From NCBI GenBank assembly GCA_964016885.1, contig OZ024741.1, positions 119,226,001 through 119,290,000 of the forward strand: a stretch of DNA of 64,000 nt, read 5' to 3'. The notes below the pieces were generated by a model. It did no database searches. It was not told where the DNA came from and saw nothing but the letters and a program-made list of their open reading frames with translations. Positions 55,442 through 64,000 of the stretch are shown here, in pieces. The position numbers and the translations under genes are program-made. Within the stretch, counting starts at the first letter, position 1, and each line of letters opens with the position of its first letter. Source of the stretch: Eledone cirrhosa (taxonomy: Eukaryota).

Positions 55442-56536
55442 ATATATATATATAAAGGATACAAGAACAGTGCTGGTGCCATGATAAAATGCACCCAGTA
55501 CACTCTGCAAAGTTGTTGATGTTAGGAAGGGCATCCAGTCATAAAAACTACCCCAAGCAAAGGGTTGAGAAGATTCTTCAAATCCTTTTGATTTATACAC
55601 AAGGCCAACAATGTTTTGGAAAGGGGAAATTTGATTAAATCAACTCAAGTGCATTACTGATACTTTATTTTACCGACCCCGTAAGAGTGAAAGGCAAAGC
55701 TAATCTCAGCAGGATAATAATAATATTGATGATCATGATAATAATAATAATAATTATGGTAATAGTAATAAACCATTTAGTATATGTACTGCCGAATATA
55801 CATGGAATGGCTTTTATCTATAACTCCTGGTTATGAATCCACCGAGAAAGAGATGTAAGGTGGAGGTGGGGTGGGAGGTTTGAAGAATGAAAGAATCTTT
55901 CGCTCGAAGAAACAAGGTAACATAACAAGATGTTTGATTAAATCAATAAAACTATGTCAAATTATTGTCCAAATAAATAACTAAACATAAACATTGAGCA
56001 AAACAATAACAAAATAAATATCAAAATAGAAAATAAAGAATAAGTAAATAATAAAGTGTGGTGCTTTTAGCAAAATGAATAGCAATTAAAATGATTAGTA
56101 AAAGTTGCAGGTTGCTTGTGTTATAAGTAATATAATGATGTTTTAGGTTATCAAAAAAACACTACTTAATAAAACACATTTAAGAAAATTATGTACTGAA
56201 GCCAGTTCTTTGAATTTCTTCAAACTAACAACAGACTTTGGTAAATATTATTTATGTATGTGAATATATATCATCATCACCGTTTTACGTCCGTTCTTCC
56301 ACGCTAGCATGGGTTAGACGGGTTGTCCTGTTGTGGGCAGTGTCTGGTCGGCTGACCATGCCTTGCTCATACAGGAACTGATTTGGCTTGATTTCTACAG
56401 CTGGATGCCCTTCCTAACACCAACCTCATTTACAGTGAGTGCTGGGTGCTTTTTCGTGGCGCCTACACATCCACTTTACAGTGTGGGCTGGGTGCTTTTT
56501 TGCCGTGGCACCTCCACGACCACCTTGCAGTGGGGG

Positions 56537-56595
<59 letters not shown>

Positions 56596-57059
56596 GCTTA
56601 CATGCATACACATACATTTTACATGCATACACACACATACATACATACGTACATGATGGCTGCCCCCTCCTTGTCGAGTATGGCCATTGCACGATATAAC
56701 ACTATTAATAATTACTAATTAATTCTATCATGCAATGCCTGTGCGTAAAGATTTTTTTTAAGGGAGGAAAGACTGTGCACTGAGCCAATCCCACTCTCTG
56801 AGTGACAGTAGCTATAACCCAAAAAGAAGAAAGGATCAACATCATCGGTAACAATTGAGCTGCAGGTTTTATGTCAGAGTCATCCCAGTTTCCTAAGTTG
56901 CTTTCTCCTAGAAGAATGCCCTGTCAAATGCTAGGGGTCATTCACTCCCAGTGGTTTAACCGCACGATCGGGTATCCAGCCCAATTATTTCTATGTCCCC
57001 GCATACATAGATTACATACATACATACATAGAAAATAGGTGGATTCCTGATGTATATCA

Positions 57060-57600
57060 GGAGGTGACCACAGTTGAAAAAACGTACTCAATACATTAGT
57101 AGAGTATATGCATCTTTATTTTATTATAGAAATAACTTCTACATGACTAGAACTGTTTCATTTATAAGAAATCATCTCATGATTTCTCCCGAATGAAGTA
57201 GTTCTATATAAAAGTTTATATAGAGAGAGAAGGGAAGACAGGAAAAAACAAAAACGAAAACAAGAGAGAATATGTTAAAATTAGAAGACAATAGTTTAAT
57301 ACTCCTAAATGGAAGTCAGAGCAAGTCAGTCCAAAATATTTCTGGCTTTGCTCTTCATTAGATGGTAAAGAGAAGAAGAAACCAATGTAGGAGGGAAAAA
57401 TATGAAAGCAGGAAGGAAGTTAACAACAAAGTGTGTATATAGTTGCTAAGACAGCTTTGTATACTGTTGCTAAGAGAGTTTTATATGGTTGCTTAGATGT
57501 TGTTGCTAAGACATGACTGTTGCGATATATAGTGGTGTGGTAAGAAACTCTCAGGAGAGTTGGACAGCAGGTCTTCAGAGAAGAAACCCTGCTCATGCAA
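57060..57600 (-). mobile_element. Decayed non-coding PLE-like element with two HHR remnants
   Basis: Minus strand reads cat-gaGATGA-...-GAAAC-AGTTCTA-GTC-atg (57140-57185) and CTAATGA-agagcaaagcca-GAAAT (57331-57365). gttgctaag repeats are present. Confidence 0.45.
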
Positions 57601-58389
57601 GTATTTCAGCTCTTAACTTCTTACACTCTAAGGGGCTGGGCTACATCCAGGTAATGACTCCTGGGTGCCCTTCTGCTGATATTTAGCCATATCACCAGTA
57701 GCAGCATTTTTTTAAAGAAACTGAGAGTCTTGTAAAGAGTTACCTTTCAATAATGTCAATCTGAGTTCAAATCCCGTCAAGGTTAGCTTTGCCTTTCATC
57801 CTTACGGGGTCGATAAAATAACGCACCAGTAACGCACTGGGGTCGATTTGGTTAACTTTCCCCTCCCCCGAAATTGCTGGTCTTTGGCCTATAGTATATT
57901 TACACACACACATATATATCATCATCATTTAGCGTCCGCTTTTCCTGCTAGCAAGGGTTGGATGGGTCAACATAGACCGAGTCAGTACTGAAAGGGGCTA
58001 CTGACCTTGAAAGCAAACCAAGGATAGGATGGGGAAATGTGTCAGCATCTGACTTACAGAGTCTTACATTCTCAAGTGCACTGGGGAGGTTGTCATGTCT
58101 TTGACACAACTGAAGGGTCGTATACAAAGATTTACATACACATACAAGTAGAAATGTATACACTTTATGAAATATAATTTGAAAAGCAGGAAGTTATTAA
58201 TCTATCAAATACTGTATATTATATCTTCAAGTGTGTGTGACCAAACAAGGAATCAATGTAATGATATATTACAATATTACATACTCACAGTTTATCAAAT
58301 TATGAAGCAATTAAGTTAAATGAAACAATCAAAAGTTCATGAAGACGTTCCCTGGCAATGAACGGAAAAAAGCGAAGATAATACGTCGT

Positions 58390-58500
58390 TAATCCGTATT
58401 GTGAGCAAATGGGGTCCCACTTTCTGGCCTCCCCACAGCCCCCGCAGACAGAATGGAGAAGGCGTTTCCCTGGGGGATGGTAAGGGAGGGAAAACTAAGA
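58390..58500 (-). mobile_element. Second CRE-like 3' fragment
   Basis: Minus strand cagggaaacgccttctccattctgtc...gaccccatttgctcacaata matches 50455-50532. Confidence 0.6.
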
Positions 58501-58561
58501 GTACACACATACACACACACATGCATATGTATTTGTGCGCATTATATTTATATGTATAAGT

Positions 58562-58970
58562 GTGGTGGATTGGCAGTATCGATAGTGACAGACACCATGC
58601 TTTGCAGCATAGAGTTACGGCCCTTTTCATTCTGATTTCAAATCCTGCTGTGGTTAGCTTTGCCTTTCATCCTTATGGGTTCGATAAAACAAAGTACCAG
58701 TAATGCACTGGGGTCAATTTAATCGACTTTCTCATCCCCCCAAATTGATAACCATGTGCCTAAATCAGAAGCCATTATATTTGGTGGATTGGTAGTATCG
58801 GTAGAGGGTCGGACTTCATGCTTTGATACATAGAGTTACAGCCCTTTCCATTCTGAGTTCAAATCCCGCCGAGGTCAACTTTGCCTTTCCTCCTTACGAG
58901 GTCGATAAAATAAAGTACCAGTAATGTACTGGGTATTTGCTGGCCTTCTGCCAAAAGTAGAAACAATTAT
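58562..58970 (+). mobile_element. Two tandem Deu/Nin-like SINEs (long and short variants)
   Basis: Full heads, cores and tails. Confidence 0.88.
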
Positions 58971-59132
58971 ATTTATATGTGTCTATAATTTTAGCTATAT
59001 CTGGTTTCTCAAAGGCTAAAGGGTACATGTATATTTTTAAATTTAAAAAAAAATTCTTCAAAATTCTAAACAAATTAAATACAAATAAATATAATTAATA
59101 AAATAGACTTTGTATTGGTTTAATGTTATTTT

Positions 59133-59325
59133 ACCCTTTAGCATTTACATTACTCTATATTTACTATTATATTTTCATGGTGAAGGCTTTATATGAGATT
59201 TTGATATTTATTTTGAGAACAATACCTTAACATCAGTATCAGCACAGCTGGTTACAGCTGATTTGAACAGAAAAAGGTGAGAGAATTTTGGCCAGATATG
59301 GCTGGTTAAAATGATAAAGGGTTAA
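59133..59325. mobile_element. piggyBac-like MITE with both TIRs
   Basis: ttta|ccctttagcattt ... aaatgataaaggg|ttaa. Confidence 0.65.
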
Positions 59326-60346
59326 TTGTGTTAGTGTTTAGAGGTAACAATTTATTTTAAGTAAATAAACAAATAAAACGATAAAATTGTTAACCTTTTT
59401 GTTACCATATTTCTAATAAAAGATATTGTCCATAATGTTCAAACCATTTTGGAGTGATTTAATAACATAACTATTTAATTATCTAGTTATTATAAGGGTG
59501 GTGGATTGGCAGAATCGTTAAAATGCCAAACAAAACACTTTGCAGAATTTAGTTATGACTCTTTACATCATCTACCAAGGTCAGCTTTAATATTCAATCT
59601 TCTGAAGTTGATAATATAAAGTTCCCGTCAAGTTCTGGAGTTGATTTAATCAACTATCCCCCTCCCCTACACCAATTGATGCCATTGTGCCTCAATTAGA
59701 AATCATTATTAAGCTGTTATTTGGAGCTTAACTTAAAAGTTCTTACATAGAAATCTGAGGGAAGATTTTTAGATAATGTAAACACTAACATTTTTAGATA
59801 AATATAAAAAGTGCTGGTACCACAACAAAAAAGTACCCAGTACATGCTGTATTGTGGCTGGCATGGGGTGGTTTCAGGCAGTTTACTGTCAAAAGTATTA
59901 ATTATGGGTACTGAACATTTTTTTTTATAAACTTTTACACTGTTATGAAATATATCTAAATAACATAAATAATACATTTCTAAATATTTATAAATAGTGT
60001 ATAATTAGGGCATAAAATGTATTTAGATGGGTGAGATGGTGAAAATAGCTTTTCTAAATTAACAACCACAGTGAACCTTACCTAGTAAATAGGGAAAGTA
60101 AGTTTTCAATGTAAACTGATATGAAGTAGCTGGCAGGTTTAAGAAACACTCCCTAGGTGGGCTCCATGCTGCTATCATTCAACTTCCTGTCCTCTGTCTC
60201 AAGCGGAAAACAATATTTTCTTCCTTAACCCCTTTGATACCAAACTACCTGAATACATACATACTTTGTCACCCGCCAATTTTTTTTTCTGTATCTTCCT
60301 CTTCTTACTCTCTATCTTTCTACTTCATCTTTTATTTCTCATTCTA

Positions 60347-60382
60347 TTTTCTGATGAAGGACTAGTGTCTGAAACATAAAAA
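60347..60382 (+). ncRNA. Decayed minimal hammerhead motif (related remnant 45883-45912)
   Basis: tttt-CTGATGA-a-ggac tagt gtct-GAAAC-ATA-aaaa. Confidence 0.5.
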
Positions 60383-60862
60383 CCTTTTTCCTACTATATG
60401 AAATATTAAACTAACAAATTTCTTCATTGTACTGTGTTGTTTGCTTTATTATTTCCATTTACTTCTTGCATACCTGAAACTACTCTAGTTCTATGATACT
60501 AAACTGTTAATCATCATCATCACCATTTAACAGCTATTTTCCAGGCTTGCATGGGTTAGACAAGCTGTCACATTATGAGGCTAGATGGGTCAGGTGACCA
60601 GATCTTTTTCTATCACTGGATATTCTTCCTCATGCCAACAACATTACAGCATGTACTATGTGCTTTTTTGTTGTGATACCAGCACTGCTTATATTTATTA
60701 AACAATTTTCCATCATAACTTTATGTAATAACCTTTGTTAAATCATGTTCAATTCCCCATAGACTACCAAATTGGATTCTGAAGATACACATGACATTGA
60801 GTACTTGAATCTAATTGTATTACTGTTTACTGTGCTGAATATGCTTGGTTAGTCAACATCTG

Positions 60863-60896
<34 letters not shown>

Positions 60897-61739
60897 TAAT
60901 AAAAAATAAAAAATAAAAAAAATAAAAATGGAACTTACAGCTCGCATCTCTGCAGATCAAGCTGTCCACATGAGATTTCTCAGTTGTTTTAATGATAGGT
61001 GTCCCCAGTCCAATCATGAAAAGCAACATTAAATAAAGTATTCATGACACAATGCATTGCTGGGAATCAAACTCATTACTCTAAGATTGTGAGTTGAACA
61101 ACCTAATCACTAAGCAACATGTGTGTGTGTGAGTGTGTGTGTATACACACACACACACACACACATAATCACAATGCAAATGATGGGCCCTCACAATCTC
61201 TAATGGTAATCCTTACTTACAACACTGAAAAGAATTAAAACCAAAGTCAACCATGACAGGATTTAAACTAAGTGTATAGCCAAAACAAATACTAAAAAAA
61301 AAAGTCTGTTTTAAGCTTGGAGGTTCATCAGGCTGGTGCTTATCCTGGTTTCCATGGCATTCAGTGGCTGATAATACAAGACTTCCCCCTGGACATGATG
61401 CCAGTCTATTGCAAGGTTATTGCTGATACTCATTTTCAGCTGAGTATACTGGAGTAATGTGAAATGAAGTGTTAAGGATTCAAACCCATGCCATTATACT
61501 ATATCATTACTGATGTTGTTTAGTCCTGGATCAACATGGAATTGAGCAGATCCATGATCTAAACCATTCAAATGACTATCATCTCATCTTTTAGTGTATC
61601 TAGGATTACATTAAACAACCAAACTGATTTGATTTTAGACAACAACAAAGGTATGATGGAGGTGTGTGTGTGCATGTTTGAGAAGGTTGTTATATTAATG
61701 ACGCAGATAGAATGTCAAATAGAAGGTGAGTCTTGAACT

Positions 61740-62010
61740 GATGGAGTTAGATCAAACTTCAAAAAGAGGGTCAAGAAATGATGGGGTGAGATCAAACATA
61801 AAAAAATGGGTCATAAAATGATAGGGTCAGATCAAACGTCAAAAGTGGGTCACAAAATGATGGGGTCAAATCAAACCCCCAAAAGTGGGTCACAAAATGA
61901 TGGGCTCAAATCAAACTTCAAAAGGTGGGTCAAGAAATGATGGGGGTCAGATCAAACCTTAAAAAGTGGGTCATCAAACAATAAGGTGGGATCAGCCCTT
62001 AAAAGTAGAT
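61740..62010. repeat. ~38-40 bp minisatellite, about 7 copies
   Basis: aaaagtgggtcacaaaatgatggggtcagatcaaac repeated. Confidence 0.88.
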
Positions 62011-63048
62011 CATCTCGATCATCAGTTGTACATCCAACCCATTCCATGCTGGAGTGGATTGGATGAGACATTTTGAAGCAGAATTCTATAGTCAGATAGA
62101 TGCCTTTCCTGATACCACTCCTTGCATGTCTAACAGCTGATCGATGGATTTACTCTTTACGTAGAATGTAAACAAATATTACTGTCTACAATGTCAAATG
62201 ACAAGAGAGAAGAAACACACACATATACACGCACACACAATGCATTTCCTTATAGTTTACAGGTACTAAATTCACTGACAATGCATTGGTTGGCCCAAAA
62301 TTCTAGTAGTAGAAGCCATGTGCCCACTCTATAACACAACAGTGGGATAGAACCCAAGTCCTTGTGGATGAGAAATGATTCTTTAACCGCACAGCCATAC
62401 TAGCTCCCAGTCACTTGTTAAGGACAAAATGGTGCAGTATAAAAGAAATAAAGAAAAGGGGGGTTGATGGTAAACTGAGGACCTATGGAAACATGGAAAA
62501 GGAGCATTAAATGAAGATTGTATGTGTGGTTGTGTGTATGCATATATGTGTATATGAGTGTGATAGAGTATGTTATGTACATGTGTGTGATTGAGTATGT
62601 TGTTATGTACATGTGTGTGTGTGAGTACACGTATATGTGTATGCGGTTATGTGCATGGATGCACGTGTCGTGTGTGTGTGTGTATGTGTGTGTGTGTGCA
62701 TGCATGTGTATATGTGTGTGTACTGACATCAAGCTTGGAATGTAATTGATTATTGCTTTGTTTCACTTCCAATTGTTGTTATTATTATTATTATTATATA
62801 TTTATTTAACTTACCTTGAAGCAAATAACAAAAACAATAAATTTAAAAAAATCTGGGCCCACCCACACACAGCACACACACAAAACAGATACACAAATAC
62901 ACACAGACTCAAACACATACAAAAACAGCTAGGCTCAAGCACATAAATACACACAGACTCAAACACACTCACAAACATGTACATATACACAAACAAATGC
63001 ACACTTAAAAGCACAAATAAACACACACACCCACATACATATATATAT

Positions 63049-63079
<31 letters not shown>

Positions 63080-63588
63080 CACACACATAAATATATCCCA
63101 GTTGATAGGTCATGTTGACATCGGTAACAAACCTGAGACATAAAAAAAAAAAACATCCTTTCACCAAATAGTTAATAGAAAAGAAAAATAATAAAGCCAC
63201 CTCCCACCCAAATATCTTTTCTCTGTAGCCAGCTCTATCCACGCCTTTTCTTTCACTCTCTTTGTCTGTCTCTCTCTCATAATCATTATTTCTCACTCTC
63301 TGAATGCAGCAGATAGAAACAGATCAGAAAAGAAAACTTCTTTATTCTTTATTATTTGACATTCACAGAAAATGAGAATGGAAAATAGTGAGAAATAGAT
63401 GTCAATGGTAGTTGTAATTGTGTTAGTACTGGTAGCAGCAGAAGTAGTACTGGTGGTTAGTGCTGGTGGTGGTGGTGGTGGTGGTGGTAGAAGTCTTGAT
63501 GGTGGTGGTGGTAGTGGTGGTAGTAGTAGTTGTAGTAGTAGTCTTGATGGTGGTGGTGGTAGTAGTAGTTGTAGTAGTAGTCTTGATG

Positions 63589-63620
<32 letters not shown>

Positions 63621-63679
63621 GGTGGTGGTGGTGGTGGTGGTAGTGGGTGCTGCTGCTGCGAGTATTACTATATGCTTTT

Positions 63680-64000
63680 GACACAACTGAGGGTCTTCCC
63701 AACCTTTTGTTTGGCACAATTTCTATGGCTGGATGCCCTTCCTATCACCAACCACTTTACAATCTGTACTGGGTGCATTTATCATGTAAGTCACCAACAC
63801 TAAGAATGGTTGTCATGCCCTTGACAAGACTGGGGAGGCCCGCCCAACTCTTTGTCTGGCATGCTTTCTATGGCTGAATGCCCTTCTTATCACCAACCAC
63901 TTTACAGCATGTACTGGATGCATTTATCATGTAGATCACCAACACTAAGGAGGCTGTCATGTTCATGACATGACTGAAGGGTCCTCCTGACCCTTTGTTT
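63680..64000 (-). repeat. Tandem ~143-bp units derived from a Meta-domain SINE (runs off the window)
   Basis: ttctatggctggatgcccttcctatcaccaaccactttaca...caccaacactaag repeated at 142-145 bp spacing. Confidence 0.8.

Overview
AT-rich eukaryotic non-coding DNA, most likely intergenic or intronic sequence from an octopod cephalopod. The taxon is inferred from the microsatellite load and SINE families. I found no confidently identifiable host gene; nearly all ORFs in the track are artefacts of (TA)n, (CA)n, (GA)n or trinucleotide repeats. Real coding remnants are all transposon-derived: a disrupted CR1/L2-group LINE (11140-13632 +), two RTE LINE copies (19346-21403 -, 45988-47452 -), a 5'-truncated Penelope-like element (PLE) with a GIY-YIG endonuclease (35905-36967 -) and two CRE-like RLE fragments. 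The window also has more than 25 tRNA-derived Deu/Nin-like SINEs, Meta-domain SINEs, a nested non-autonomous Helitron cluster, piggyBac-like MITEs, several minisatellites and a 4.9 kb TA-rich microsatellite. The most notable signal is about a dozen sequence-diverse type I hammerhead ribozyme (HHR) motifs, found by eye, in non-coding PLE/retrozyme-like elements mostly embedded in (TA)n. These include a direct-repeat element with a 530-nt HHR-to-HHR unit (37803-38597), head-to-head HHR pairs, and a SINE carrying an HHR-like tail. Long palindromes and fold-back duplications recur at insertion sites. Repeat boundaries are approximate, and no ribozyme activity has been tested.
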